64,000 bases of DNA, from positions 14,570,001-14,634,000 of the forward strand of contig CM022666.1 in assembly GCA_012295275.1 (NCBI GenBank), read 5' to 3'. This stretch comes from Chrysomallon squamiferum. Lineage: Eukaryota; Animalia; Mollusca. Made by a program: the position numbers and the translations under genes. The notes beneath the pieces are model-generated. The model did not search any database and was not told the DNA's origin. It worked only from the letters and a program-made list of their open reading frames with translations. Positions 1-16,639 of the stretch are shown here, piece after piece (the first letter of the stretch is position 1; each line of letters starts with the position of its first letter).

Positions 1-677
1 AGTCTGCTGTTGATTTGAACATGTATACAATTTTTGATTGCCCATTTTTTGTAACGTGTTTTTAAATAACAAAAAATGTATTTATAAATGACAAAGATTG
101 TAAAAAAAAAAAAAAAATAATAAAAGAGAATGTAAAGAAATAAATTGGTTTTGTAAAGTGTATTTATCTTGGAAATCAGAGAAAATATTTTAACGCCTTT
201 GCCTGGAGTTACAGCCTTTATCGACTCCTCCTGCGTCAGTATGGTACATGTCGTAGAACTACTACGCTCGTACTGCCTAGCCAAGTCGACTACACTCGCA
301 CCTCTCTCATTTTTTTCTATGATGTCATGCTTTAATTCAATGGACATCATCCGCTGCTTCTTCTCAGCACTGTCTTTTGCACTCACTTTCTTATGATCCA
401 TGGTCAAAAGAAAGAAATTTGGCATAATACTGCAGAAGACACGAAAACAACACAACAGAGATGCTTCCACGGCGAAGTAACCACGTGAAGTAAAGAGTGA
501 GACGCGGAATGCTGGCCGGATGTTATGTTGTTCGTTGCGTCTACTAGCGGAGGCGTATTTGAAGTTCGCTCGTAACTAGGATTTTGGCTCGCAACTCAGA
601 GCAAATAGTCGACCAAGCGACTGCTAGCAAGTCGGAAAACTCATATGTTGGGGCACTCGTAAGTGAAGGTACCACTG
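1..677 (-). mobile_element. Tigger/pogo-type (Tc1/mariner superfamily) DNA transposon, left end; probably internally deleted and continuing beyond the window start
   Basis: The minus strand begins TA|CAGTGGTACCTTCACTTACGAG (TA at 678-679, consistent with a TA target-site duplication), a Tigger-like TIR. A CENP-B-type transposase N-terminus follows ~275 bp inward. The other TIR is not in the window. Confidence 0.8.
185..401 (-). pseudogene. Truncated Tigger/TIGD-like transposase N-terminus (CENP-B/psq HTH)
   Basis: Hand translation from ATG at 401: MDHKKVSAKDSAEKKQRMMSIELKHDIIEKNERGASVVDLARQYERSSSTTCTILTQEESIKAVTPGKGVKI. It then passes into AT-rich non-homologous sequence. It is absent from the ORF track because the frame runs off the window edge. 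Confidence 0.75.
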
Positions 678-1726
678 TACTTCTAAAAAATAGAGTACAA
701 AAAATTGTTATATATATATCAGTGGTATTATTTTACGCAAACGGATGACAGAGCATAATGTAAATTGTATGGAGCTGTCAAATATAGTAAACTTTGTCAT
801 TATCACAAAACGAGGCATTCGGTGTATACCTCAGTTAGTACCGTTCTGTCTTATAACCGTTTTGCTGTTTTATGCAAGGTCAAAGACACTTGTTGAAAAT
901 TGGTGATTAAGTCACAAAAGTGTGAACTATTTTCGACAAACCACATGAGAACCAGTGAATCGTGGCCTGAACAGCTGATTGTTTCGTTTTAAAGGCTTCT
1001 TTTGCATTTTAATTTTATTGTTCAAATGGTTTATACTCACTACTATTATAACTAATACCCTGCTACTACTACTACTAGTGATACATTACACAACCTGTAT
1101 ACTCTACATTATTCTATAATATGGATTATACTATAAATCCAGACATTAAAGTATGCCAATTTTTCGATATAATGATATAATCAAATTAATAACATTGGAT
1201 AAAAAGATAGGTTACTTCTCTTGTATTCTGTAATCCTTGTTTAGCAGGATAAAGGAAATAAATAAAAAGTTAATAAATAAATAAATAAAATTTAAAGACT
1301 TGAATCAAACGCATAATGAGTAAATAAAAAAAAATGAAAGTAAAGAAAGAGAAATTATTAAAACATTATTGAAATAATAATGACAACTAAATCCTCATCC
1401 AAATTTGAATATTTTATTTCTTGTTTTAAAAGTAGTTTCATAGGCAGAAAAAAAATATATGATTTCTTGTATTTCTGTATGTTTAACATACATATGATTA
1501 TACTTTCATGAAAAATAATCTAGTGTCGAGGAGAAAACGTCACTACGGTTACATCATAAACAAATATTTGCACGAATTGCTAAATCTTTGAATTTCTAAA
1601 TAAACTGTACATGACGTCACACGCGTGTTGAACTAGTGAACTACACAATGAAGACTTCAGGGTCTGTTTAGTACTCAGAAAAGTAGGGGAATGAACATTT
1701 GCTTTTATTTTCATCACTTTTTATAT

Positions 1727-1769
<43 letters not shown>

Positions 1770-1779
1770 TTATTACTAT

Positions 1780-1997
1780 TTCTGCAAGCAGCTGTCTTCT
1801 ACCGTTTTCTGAATGTCGTATAAGGGAAATAACTCCAGTAGTGATCTGCGTGACCACACAATAAATATACTATTTAATTATCTTTTTAAAATCATTTGTT
1901 TTTAATTAATTAATTTATTTAGTTAGTTCACTTCATTTTATGTTTTCTTATTATTTATCCTTATATTTTATTTTAATATGTTTTATTTTATTTTATT

Positions 1998-2028
<31 letters not shown>

Positions 2029-2075
2029 TTGATTTATTTATTACCTGTTTTTCCTGTTATTATCCTGCTTACTTT

Positions 2076-2107
<32 letters not shown>

Positions 2108-2255
2108 CATACATACATACATACATACATAAAGAACCATTGGAAGAAAATTAAAAATATAAATGTTTCAGATTTTGCAACAGATTGCATCTCTCAAACT
2201 CATTGTAGATAATTTATAATTCAATTATTTGTCACATGTGAAACAGTTAATGTAA
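1780..2255. repeat. Diverged inverted copy of 39810-40275
   Basis: gcagctgtcttctaccgttttctgaatgtcgtataagggaaataactccagtagtgatctgcgtga (~1790-1855) and ctcattgtagataatttataa...gtcacatgtgaaacagttaatgtaat (~2200-2255) match the reverse complements of ~40195-40265 and ~39810-39875. Confidence 0.7.
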
Positions 2256-4451
2256 TGAAAGGTCGGAGAAACATGAGAACGAAAGATAAAATACAGAAGC
2301 ACACAGGCACACACACACACACACAGGCACCCACATACGCACACACACACACACACACACACACAGGCACCCACATACGCACACACACACACACACACAC
2401 AAACACACAGTCATACACGGACATAGCCAGTCTGATAATACTTTGAATTTAGCTTTGTACGTATTAGACATCTACTGTTTTGGTTTTTATTAGTTTTATC
2501 CTTTTTTTTTACCTACTTACTTTCTTATTTACTTAATTACTGACTTACTTATTTACTTTTATTTCCATTATTAATTTATTTTTATTGTACTTTTTTATTT
2601 AATTAAATTTTGGAACTGAAGCACCTAAATATTGATAAGAAATGAGTTTTAATATTAATATTTATCCATAGAAATTTTATATGAAGTACAGAATAAATAA
2701 ATGAAAAAATGAAACAAACAAATAAATATACAAATAAATAAATAATGAAAAAAAATAAATAAATAAAAGAACAGATGAAGTAAACGATAAAAGTAGCTTT
2801 CCAATTTTCTATTAAAATTTAACCACGAAAACTATACATTATTTATGGGAAAGAAAGAAGAAATGTATACAAAGAGACTTGTACAAAACACGTGTAACTT
2901 GATCAGGATGCACAAATTCTTAGCGAGACTGAGGCATATAAAATGTCAGAATCTAATCTGTTCATCGTAATCTGAGCCGCACAGGTGGACAAAGAATCGA
3001 GTAAACTGTTTAAAATGTGCTTAGTAATTGTATGTTGATATACACATAGCTTCAGTGTCTCTCAAATTACTTCACCATGAAAAAACAACTTAGCATGCTT
3101 ATACAGTAAGAAGTATTACAATTAAACAGAGAGACAGATGAAATTAATAATTAAACGACTAAATAAAAGTAATAAAGTAATAGAAATCTTGTATTCTGGT
3201 TTTAAAAATAAGTATTTGAAATCAAACTATTTTAGATTTTTCAATACGGAACGAGTGAAAACTGAAGAAAATTGTGTTGTAAAAAGTCGCACTCTTTACT
3301 ATTTCAGTTCCCTTGCTTCGTCAGAGATCGCGACTGTCACAGGCGTGCTTCACAGCGGCTTGTTCTGATTTGCTCGTTCATTTTTTTACTCACTCTCTCT
3401 CTCACTCACCCCGTCACTCACTGTTTCAGATTCCGTGCTACTCAGAAGAAAAATTCAGCTGCCCAAGTACAGTGATTCATTCATATGTGACAATAGCAAC
3501 AAGTTAACTCAGTAATGTGAAAAGTGGTCATTGCTTATATACAAAATCAGTTAATTGTGTATTTTTTATACCAGGAGAAGAATATGTAAAAGGTACATAC
3601 TCAAACATACATACATATATATATACACTTACATCCCTTCTCACACGTACATAGGCAATACGACGGTGACAGTCGTTACGTTCAGAGGGGTTGGAGGTCA
3701 CTCCAGTTCGCCTGATTGCTACAGACCTATCCGCAGAAACTCGATTCGTTACTTGCACAATCACAAATACATTTTTCTTTGTAAATACCGTGTAACCCAA
3801 TTTTATTTATTTCTCATTAATAAAACTTGCGTTAGAGTTTTTCTCTCATTCGACAGTTGTCCTTACACGGTAATATTCGCAGCAATTAAATCAAATTGAA
3901 TTAAATTGCATTAGAGCTTCGCGACAATTTCGAATGGAATCGAATATTCGAATCTTTGAACAATATATGTAGTTTGAATAAAAGGTTGTTATAAAAATAA
4001 AAATAAAAAAATAAAAATAAAAATAAAACAACAACAAAAAAATCACGTCTCATCCGAGTCTCCTATACTTTAGTTCATTTATAGTTTTATTTTTTTCTGT
4101 AACAGATTAAAAATATATGAAAGAAAAATATAATTGAAGAGATATTTACATTCTTATTAGAAAGTATTTATTTATTTGTAAACACAGTTAAACAACACTT
4201 TACCGAATCATTAATATATATATATAAACGAACAACAACAACAACTCAACAAAACAAAGCAAAACCAAAGAGAAGAAAAGGAACAAAACAACTAAAAACC
4301 GATAATTTTATATTGTAAAGCCAAATTCATCAAATTCACCACAAACATGGACAATGTTGGTGTGGGTACACATAGATCTACCTTTCAGCAGAGAAGGATA
4401 GAACCATGGAGAGGTGACCGAGGATTGAATCAACAAAACGGGACAAATACA

Positions 4452-4564
<113 letters not shown>

Positions 4565-5707
4565 AAAACAATCAGAAAAATGAACGAACGAATTGAAAAA
4601 CTAAAATTCAGGTAAAGAAATCAAGAAATATAATTTAAAGAGTTTAAACAAAAGCTGAATTGATAAACAAAATTTAATAAAAAAAGAAAAGAAAATAAAC
4701 TGAGAGGGAGAGAGAGTTTCAAACATTGATCTTGAAATAATAACGACAACAAAATGCTCATTCAAACTTGAATAGTTTAATTTTTTTAATTTTATTTTTT
4801 TAAATAGTTTCTTCGCAAGAAAACATATAACTTCTCGACTTTGTTTGTGTATGTTTAAGCTGTGTATGGACATCACTGTGGTTACATCATATTCGCATGA
4901 ATTACTCATTTGAGGTGTCTTTGAATGTTTAAATAAACTGTACATGATGTCTCACGTGGATTAAACTAGTGAACCAAACAGTGAAGATTCCAGGGTCTGC
5001 TTAATCATCAGAAAAATAGGGGAATGAACATATATAATTGTGTATTTTAATTTTCTTTTTTATTAATATTATTATTTATTTATTTATTTTATTTCCATTA
5101 TAATTTTTATTTATTTATTTATTTATTTATTTTCATTTAATTTCGGAAAATGGTTTTAGTAGCTAGATAGAAATTTAAAGTATTTTCTTTTTAAAAATTT
5201 CTAAACATCACTGACCGAGAAACAACAAGTAAAACAAAATAATATAACAGTGAAAGAAGACGATGTAAATAAAACGAATAATAAATAAAGCAACACCCCC
5301 AGCAACATCAACACCAATATACCCCACTTGATGCGGCCATGTTTAGAAGAAACAAATTTCACTCAAGTTTCACAATCCAGGTAGGGAGTTTAAGTTTACA
5401 GACGCCCATAGCAAGTTAAATCAGTGATGTGGAAATCGGTCATGTGGTTTACACAAACACAGGTAATCTCGTATTTTTATATCAGGACACGTATAATGAT
5501 AAAATAACTTTGTAATTTTGGATGAAAATAAAAACGAAGAAAACCGCACGTCGTTGATGGTAGAGAACGAAAAACATTAAAAATCGTATAAAAATTGTCG
5601 TCTTTATATATATAAAAAACAATAACAAACAAAACAATAATAAAGATTTATTCTGTTGTGTCTTACGTTTATGGAAAAAAAACAACAAAAAAAAAAACAA
5701 CCTATAA

Positions 5708-6872
<1,165 letters not shown>

Positions 6873-7464
6873 TTTATTATTGTTATTATTTTTATTATTA
6901 TTAATTTTTTATTATTATTATTATTATTATTATTTTTTTTTTTAGAATTTCACTTGCTTTAAACAAAAGTATAGATGAATATTACACTGTCATTTATTAT
7001 ATGAAAATATCAGTCGTATATTTTTTAAATATTTTTTTAATTACTATTTAGATTCAGTTAAAATGCACGGAATTTAACGTTTAACAAAAATTAATGACAT
7101 TCTTTTTCTATTTGTTTTTATACTTCACTGAAATCAGTTCAATATGTTCATCTGTTTTGAAGATGGCATTTTTCATAATATGTAAGACATGAAAGCCAGA
7201 TATAAACAGTACGTGCAAACAACAACATCCACATCTAATTTTAGCATTTTTACAGCAACAAATATAACACTGTGTACAAAAGAAAATGTAAACATCAATG
7301 AATCTGGATCCTGTCATTTTGGAAGAAACGATATTATAGGAACGTGATTAATTATATTAAAATAAAGTTAATCAACCCATCTATTTCTTTAAGACAAAAA
7401 ACAAAACAAAACCAGACAAACAAACGAATGAGATAAAAGAAAAATATATAATAACAACATTTAA

Positions 7465-7520
<56 letters not shown>

Positions 7521-7741
7521 GTATGGACAAATTTACATACCTTTATCAATGTCGTAGTTAATTACTGTAGGTATATTTTAAAATGTTTTTCCTAGTTGCT
7601 ATACTTTGTTATTAATTAAGATAATAATAATAATAATAATAATAATGTCTGATATTTAATTAGTAATTTAATTAGTAATTAATTACTGTAGGTATATTTT
7701 AAAATGTTCTTCCTAGTTGCTATACTTTGTTATTAATTAAG

Positions 7742-7810
<69 letters not shown>

Positions 7811-8626
7811 TCTGATATTTAATTAGTAATTTATTCTGAAGACGTCGCCTGTTACTCCAATATTTACTATTATTTATTTTGTATTTATTGTCTATTTTCA
7901 GAATTAAAAACCAATATCTGTAAAACACTTGTAAATAAATTTAATGGTGTAGGACGTAAAACGAAACCTGTAACTTGATCATAATGTGTAAATTCTTAAC
8001 GAGACTAAGGTGTATAAAATTTCCGAATCTAATCTGTTGATCGGAATCTCAGACGCACAGGTTGACAAAGAATAATCTTTAAAATGTGCTTAGTAATTGT
8101 GTGTAGACAGACATGTTGTTTCGGGGTCTCTCAAATTACGTCACCATGAAGAAACAACTTAACGTATTTAAATAGTGCGGAGTAATGCAAATAAATTTTA
8201 ATTAATTAAACACACAAAAAAAGGAAACAAACTAAGAAACAAGTGAAATTAATTAAATTACATAATAAAAGTCGTAATCTTGTATTAGAATATTCATTGT
8301 GATAAATCTTGTTCTAATTGTAGAATTTCATTTGTATTAAACAAAAGTATAGAAGAACATTATACATGTCATTTTTCATACCAAAATATCAGTCGTATAT
8401 TTTTTTAAATATCTTTTATTTTATTTAGATTTAGTTAATGCACAGAATGGTTAAGTCAGTATTGCCTTGAGAAATTATTTAAAGAAACAGGCTAATCTTT
8501 TACCTAATTGCCAAGAGCAATGCATAATTATTTTATTGTATTTTATTTTATTCCTGTTTTTGAAAGTTAAAATTCACATATATTTTTGGTGTTCTTCGTT
8601 GAATTAATTTTATTCTTACCTTAGAT

Positions 8627-8661
<35 letters not shown>

Positions 8662-9220
8662 CCGATATTTGTCTTAATTGAACAAAGTTGTTGTATTTCT
8701 TTCGCTGGCTTAATTTTTATTTTGTTTTTCATCTTGAGCTAAATCAAGTATGTTCCGTTTGATGCTAATATTCCCAAGTTATAGTGAATGTGTTGATCGG
8801 GCCGAACGAAAATTGCTTTATCTGTAAACGGAATACACGACCACAACGTAATACAAACAACATTCATTTTAAAACTGAATTTTATATGACATAAATTATC
8901 TACAGAGAAGCACGTAGTACAAGATGTTGAACTTCTGTAGGATTTACGCATGATACACTTATTTATCTAACGTTTAACAAAAATTAATGATAAACGTTTT
9001 CTATTCGTTTTTATACTTCACTGAAATCAGTTCAATATGTTTATCTGTTTTGAAGATGGCATTATTGATAATATGTAAGACATGAAAGCCAGATATAAAC
9101 ATCTACATTTTAGCATTTTTACTGCTACAAATGTAACTCTGTATGAAAAGAAAATGTAAACATCAACGAATCTGGATACTGTCAGTTTTGAAGAAAACAA
9201 AACGTGATTATTAACAAAGT

Positions 9221-9845
9221 ATTGTTATTGTTGCTTTTTCTTGCTGCACCTTGTTGTTCGTTGCTGTTGCTGTCGGCTGTTGTTGTTTGTGGTTGTTGCT
9301 GTTCATTGTTGTTTGTTGTTGTAGTTGGGTGTTGTTGAAGTTCGTTGTTGCTAGTTGTTGTTCTTGCTGTTGTTGATTGTAGTTAGTTGTAGTTGGTTGT
9401 GGTGGTGATGGTGGTTGTGGTTCTTGTAGTTGGTTGTTGTTGTCGTTGGTTGTTGTTCTCGTTGGGTGCTGTTGTAATTGGTTGTTGCTGTTGTTTCTTT
9501 TTTTTTGTTGTGGTATTTGTTGTTTTGGTTGTTGTTGGTTGTTTTTGTTTGTTGTTCATTGTTATTGTTAGTTCTTCTTGTTGCACTTTGTTGTTATTGC
9601 TGTTGCTGTTATTGTTGGTTGTTGTTGTTTCCGCTTGTTGTTCCTCATTGTTTGCTGTTGTTGCTTGTTGTTGTTGATGGTTGTTGTTGTTGATGGTTGT
9701 TGTCGTTAATTGTTGTTGTAGTTGATTGTTGTCGTTGGATGTTGTTCAAGTTCGTTGTTGTTGCTTTTGTTGTTGGTTATTGTTTTTGCTGTTGTTGTTG
9801 GTTGTTGTTGGTTTTAGTTAGTTGTTGCTCTTGTTGTTGTTGTTC
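9221..9845. repeat. Degenerate (GTT)n low-complexity tract
   Basis: About 620 bp of gtt/gct/ggt triplets, which generate the spurious poly-V/L/C and poly-Q/T/N ORFs. Confidence 0.9.
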
Positions 9846-10450
9846 CAGATATTAGATCCGAAAATAGATATTCAAGTAAATAATCGTTTATTCATAAATT
9901 CTCTGATTACCAATAAACGATTATGATTCTGTACAAATAGAATCCAGTTTTACCAGTTTGATGTGCAGTCATTCCGCGGCTTACTATTTCTTTCCGTTCT
10001 TACGTGCGTCTGTAAGTCTGGTAAGTAACGTACAGTTTTCATCTTAGTCAAATATTTATCTACGTATACAATTATAATATAAATGTATTTTATCTGAAAT
10101 ATCTTAAATATGATACACTGGTAGGGAACGCACTGGGACAGGAGGACAAAGTCCAATCACGACCTCACAAGCGAAGTCTGATGCCGCTTACGAGACTTGA
10201 ACGTACAATGGCGGACTATGTTTCATTTCGGCCATGAAGTCAAGATTAAAAGAGTTGCTCAGTAACTGAGAGTAATCATCGCTTCCCACGAAGCACGCCA
10301 TTCTTTCTGTCTTTCGTCATTTCTGCGCACATCTATATTTTGTCAGATATATATATATCTGTGTGTATGTATCTCTGTGTATGTATCTATATATGTATGT
10401 CTGCATATGTGTCTGTCTATGGATGGGTGCACATACATATATATATCTAT

Positions 10451-10935
<485 letters not shown>

Positions 10936-11510
10936 TAGTTAATAGACGTATTGAAAGATGTTTAGATAATGCCAGTATGTTTGTATTTGCGTTTAAGCAT
11001 GTTAATGTTCATTGTTTCTGTTAATCAGTACCACGATCAGACTGTCTGTATATTTCTTTATTTCTTATTACTGCCGTTATTATTAACATTATTATTGTTA
11101 TTATTAATAATAATTTTGTGTTATTCGTATGGTTTAGTTAATCCATTGGAGAAGATACTTAAATGAATTTTAATTTTACAATATTTTTATCTTTTAAGTA
11201 TCATGCTTATTGAGATACATGTATATAAAATTGAATACGGCAAATACCAGTGAACGAGAGATGTCACAGATTTCTACTTTTTCAAATATTTTAAAATCTA
11301 CGTGTCATCGTCAACCTTGTATTTTTCAAAATTAAATTTTACAACAGACGTTCAGCTGGAGTTTCAAACAAAACTGGTGTAAACACTGATATGGACTTCT
11401 GATAACGGAACTTGACCTATGTAACTGCTGAGTAGGATTTGTGTCACATGCTGCGAGAAACGCCCACCTTAACATACAAGTTTTAGTTTAGTTTTAAAAC
11501 TGAAGAACAA

Positions 11511-11631
11511 TCTGTTTTGTCACGTGTTGCGATCATGTGTCACACGCTTCTGTTTTGTCACGTGTTGCGATCATGTATCACGCGTTTCTGTTTTGTCACG
11601 TGTTGCGATCATGTGTCACGCGCTTCTGTTT
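11511..11631. repeat. 38-bp tandem repeat, 3 copies plus a partial
   Basis: Unit tctgttttgtcacgtgttgcgatcatgtgtcacacgct at 11511, 11549 and 11587. Confidence 0.9.
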
Positions 11632-11999
11632 CGCGAGGAAAGCCCACCAAGAGAATTGTGATAACTGTATTATTTTGTAACAGACAACATCTTTCTCTTA
11701 CTTTTTACATACTAAGTGTTATTTATCGGGTTACACGTTAAGAAATCTTGTTATACAAAATTAACATGTAAAATATTTATCAAATAAGGATATATAATAT
11801 TTATTAGAACATGCCTGAAAATATGGAAGAAAATACAACTGGTAGAAAATATGTAATAGAATTTGTGCTTTAGTCAAGAAAAATCAGAAAGAAACCTTAG
11901 AAATAATTTAAAAAAAAGAACAAAGGACCAAAAGAGTTAGTAATGTTACCACAGTGGTTAATAGAAATCGTATCAGGAGATTTGGGACAGCCAATTTGA

Positions 12000-13678
12000 T
12001 ATTTATTATCTAGCACATGAAAGAAAATTTACTTTAATGGAAAGTTTTTAGTGGATAAAGAAGAAAAATCGTAGGAATAGTAAACTTTATATCTTCAGAT
12101 GAACCATGCAGGTGAATTGACCCATTGACCTATGACTTGCAAAATCACAAATACACTTCACCTTGTAAATACCCGAGTAACCCGAGTAGCAGATTTTCCC
12201 AGCTTACAGTGTAATAATGGTGTAGGACGTTCAAAGACATTCATTGTAAGAAGCTGTTATTTGCATCGTCGCTAACAACAAAATGTGCAATTCTTAAAGA
12301 GACTAAGGTGTATAAAATTTCTGAATCTAATCAGTTCATCAGAATATCAGACTCATAGGTAGACAAGGTGCCGAATAATCTGTTTAGAATGTGCTTAGTA
12401 ATTGTATGTAGATAATCAGGGAGTTTCAGAGTCTCTCAAATTACTTTATAATGAAGTAAAAACTTAACACTTAGAAATAATGTAAATAAATAACTAATCA
12501 AACAAACAGATGAAACAAACAATTAAATTACTTAATAAAAGAAATACAGTAATAGAAATATTGTATTAGAAAACTGACTGTGATAAATCTTGTTTTTAAA
12601 TGTACATTCATATGTACACGAAGTAAAACTATTTCAAATATGAATTAGATTTTTCAGTACGGAATTAGTTTATATAAAACTGAAGAACATTTTGTAATAA
12701 AAAGTCGCACTCTTTACTACTGAGTCACTCGTATTTGACAATCCTTAAGTTTACAAAACCAATAAAAAGTTAAATCACTGATGTGAAAATTATTCAAACA
12801 GAGGTAATCACATTTTTATAACAGGGGAAGTATATAATAAAAATACATATACACATTCATAGATATACGCATAGACAGGCAATAGCAGCATAATATACAT
12901 CGGCAAAACGACGTTACATTCAGAGAGGTTGGAGTTCACTGCAAGTCGCTTGTTTGCTTGAGTCGTACACCCAGTAACTTGAACCCTGGACCAGTGACTT
13001 GCACAAACACAAATACATTTTACTTGTAAATAACATGTGACCCGAATTTATTCATTGCTTATTAATAAGACTTGCCAAATAGTTTGTTCTTCTTTCAACA
13101 ATTGTCCCTATACTGCAATGTGCAAATTTCCGAATGGATAAAAATTGAATTAAACTGAAACTTTAAACAATGTATGTAGTTGCTATATAAAATTGTAATG
13201 AACCAATAATCACATCTCATCTGAGTCTCCTGTATACTATTTTAGTTCATTTATAATTTTATTATTTTCACAGTAACAAATTAAAACTATATGAAAGAAA
13301 AAAATAAAGAGAAATGAATTTGGTGAAATTAAAATATTATATCAATTTTGAAGAGATATTCAAATTCTCAACATGAATTAGTTATTTGTTTGAAAACACT
13401 GTTAACCGCAATAGTACACATCAGTAATACAAAAAGACCAACTAGCTAACCAACTACCCAAACAATCAAAACAAAACAAACAAACAAACAAACAAACAGA
13501 CAATCAAAAAAAAAAAAAAAAAAAAAAAAACAAAAAAACAACACAAGTCCAATAGTTTTATATTGTTAAGCCAAATTCAACAAATTCAACATAAGAATGG
13601 ATAATTTTGATGTGTGTATAGACAGATCTACCTTTCTGTTTGTTTGTCTGTCTTTACATGCATCTATCAAGCTGTCTT
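12000..13678. repeat. Segmental duplication arm, inverted copy of 30088-31735
   Basis: Continuous reverse-complement match. For example, 12961 agtcgtacacccagtaacttgaaccctggaccagtgacttgcac matches ~30763-30806. Confidence 0.9.
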
Positions 13679-14822
13679 GATGTGGGTGTATACAGATCTA
13701 CTTGTGTCAAATAGAGGTATAAGAAAACATTGCACCTGACATTTATCATATGAAGATATCAGTACATATTTTTATTAATACATCGTTTATATTTAGATTT
13801 AATCAAAAAGCACTGAATATTATTGTCAGTATTGATTTAATAAATTAATTAAAGAATATACGAAACTGTTATCTGGTTATCACGGTCAATACATTTTTTT
13901 TTTTTTTATTTTTTTTTTTTCTTTCTTTCTTTCTTTTACTTTTTCTTTTTTTGTTTTTTTTTTTCAAAGTTAATTGTTAAAAAAAATTGTTTCGTAAATT
14001 AAATTTTTCTTTCCTAAGTTAGTTCAAGAAACAGCCGAAGTTTAGCTCATATTTAATCAAAATTAATCTGTTATTTTTTCTTTCGCTCACTTAATTTTTA
14101 TTTTGTTTTTCATCTTGTGCTACATCAAATACATTCGTCTTGACGTTATTATTCCCGCGGTATCAGTGAATGATTTGACACAGCCAAACACAATAAATGT
14201 ATTTGTAAACTGAATATACGACCACATAATATAGACAACAGTCGTTTAAAATCTGTTGTATGACACAAATTATTTGTACAGAAAGAAAGTAATACAAACT
14301 ATAGATATTCCTTAGGATTCACGCGTTGTATATTTTTTATTCAGCGTTTAGAAAATGATAAATATTTTCATCTCAATAGAACAGACATTATTTTTTTTTT
14401 TAATTTCATTAAAATCAGTTCATTGTGTTGATCTGTTTTAAAGTTGACATATTTGACAATACGTAAGACATGAAAACCGTTTGTGTTAGGTAGTTGCTAT
14501 GTACGGTTGTTATAAACAATACGTGCAAATAATCACATCTCATCTGAGGTGTTCAGTTCTTTATAATTTTATTATTTTTAATGCTACAAATTAAAAATTA
14601 AGTAACGTATGAAAAATAACGCCATATGTTTAACCAAACTGATATATTAAAATACCGTATCAATTTTGAAGAGAAGCACCTTGTTAATTTAAATGTGATT
14701 ATTTATTTTAAAATACAGTTAAACCAGAATATATCAAATCTTTAAGGTCAGGCACAAAACAAAACAAATGAAAAAAAAAACAATAGCAATAAAAATAACC
14801 AAAATATAATAATAATAATAAT

Positions 14823-14864
<42 letters not shown>

Positions 14865-15315
14865 TTTTATACTTTTTGTTTCTTCATGTTTAATCGATGT
14901 ATGACTATACTTATATTGACTGGAACTTCAGTCAACGGAGGTAATCATCGTCATGGTTACACCATAAACAAATGTTCGTTTGACCCACGCGTGTCAAACT
15001 AAAGAACAAAACAACGAAGACTTCAGGGTCTGCTTAATAATTAGAAAAGAAGAAATCAACAAATAACTTCTTTAATATTAGTATTTGTTTGTTTATGTAT
15101 GTAGTATGTATGTATATATTTACTTATTTATTTGTATCTTTAAATAAATCTACCTGTTTATGGATATATTTATGTGTATGCATTAATTAATTAATTATCT
15201 AATTAATTTATTGTTGTTGTTTTTTTTGACACCTAAAAGGAACGAGCGCAGAACAAATGAAAGAAACGTAATTTAATGTTAATCCTTTGAAATTTTAAAA
15301 TTGAGATGTAAAAAG

Positions 15316-15346
<31 letters not shown>

Positions 15347-15632
15347 AAAAATAATAAAAAAAAAATAAGCGTGAATGAATAAACAGCAATATGAAAAAAG
15401 GAGAGGAAAGAAGGAGGGAAAAAAAAAAAAAAAGAACTTAAAATAATGTCCTGACTAAAACCAACAACAGCATACACCACTTGAAATTTTATAACGCGGC
15501 TTTGTCTAGAAGTGACAAAGTTCAGTCTACGATGACTCACTCAAGTTTCACAATCCAAATAAGCAGTGATCATTGGTTACATACAAACACAGGTAAAGAC
15601 ACGTCTTTATAGCAAGGGAGGTATATGATAAA

Positions 15633-15684
15633 AAAGGGTCGGAAGACTTTGGTCCGCGGGCCACATCCGACCCGCGAGAGATTT
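15633..15684 (+). mobile_element. hAT-Charlie/MER58-like MITE terminus (relic)
   Basis: aagggtcggaagactttggtccgcgggccacatccgacccgcg resembles the CAGGGGTCGGCAAACTACGGCCCGCGGGCCACATCCGGCCCGC type end. It is a GC-rich island in AT-rich DNA, with reverse copies at ~26128, ~37525 and ~47558. Confidence 0.6.
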
Positions 15685-16639
15685 TGTGTGTGTATCTGTG
15701 TGTGTGTGTCTGTGTGTGTGTGTGTGTGTCTGTGTGTGTGTGTGTCTGTGTGTGTGTGTGTTTGTGTCTGTGTATGATACTTTTGATATCTTGGCCCTCC
15801 CCCAAAACACTGCATAACTGTCAGGTCTCCTCTCTCCAAAAGGTTGTTACGACCCTCTTTAAAAAAAACAGTCGTCCCACGGCGTAGTAATATTACCGCA
15901 GTGGTTAAATCAAGCCTTATAAGGAGATTTGAGATTTCTGCATTGTGTGACTATTTCTACAGGACTGATATAAAAAAGACGAAGGATCGAATCTGAGTTG
16001 AAGCTTAAAAGAAAATAACTGTCAACTTTATCTTAAAACAAGACTGAATTTTGACTTAGGTAAGATCACTTTGTTTTTTCTTATATTATTATTGTGGTTG
16101 TTGTTGTAGTTGTCGCAGTTGTTAATGATGATGATGATGATGATTTTACTTTATTATTAGCATGACATTAATGAAGTTTTGTAGGCTTACTCTCATTTCT
16201 GTTATATTCTGTTTAGTGATGTAAGAAATGAAAGTCGTTGTCTTTACTGTAAAGTCTACTATTAGAAGTAAGATACGTTTTATATACGTCTTCCCACAGA
16301 TAAAATAAAGTTCTTATTGTTATATTATTGTTTCTACTATTACTATTAGCAGTAGTGATGTTATTGGTATTTTTGTTTTAGTTGTTATTCAAATCATTGT
16401 TATTATTATTGTTGTTATAAAATTTGTTGTTATTATTATTATTGTCATGCGTCACATTAATTCAATTTTGTAAACTTACACTGATCTCTGTTAAGCTGTT
16501 TTTATTCAAGTAAGGAAATAAAGTCGCTGTCGTTACAACAAAGAATACTCTTACTAGCAGTAATATATATTTTATATGCGCTTTCCCATAAACACGAAAA
16601 TACATACTTCTTTGATAAACCAGTAAAGAGAAAAAGTCT

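Noticed and set aside
169-396. 75-aa plus-strand ORF
   Set aside because: Antisense shadow of the transposase fragment.
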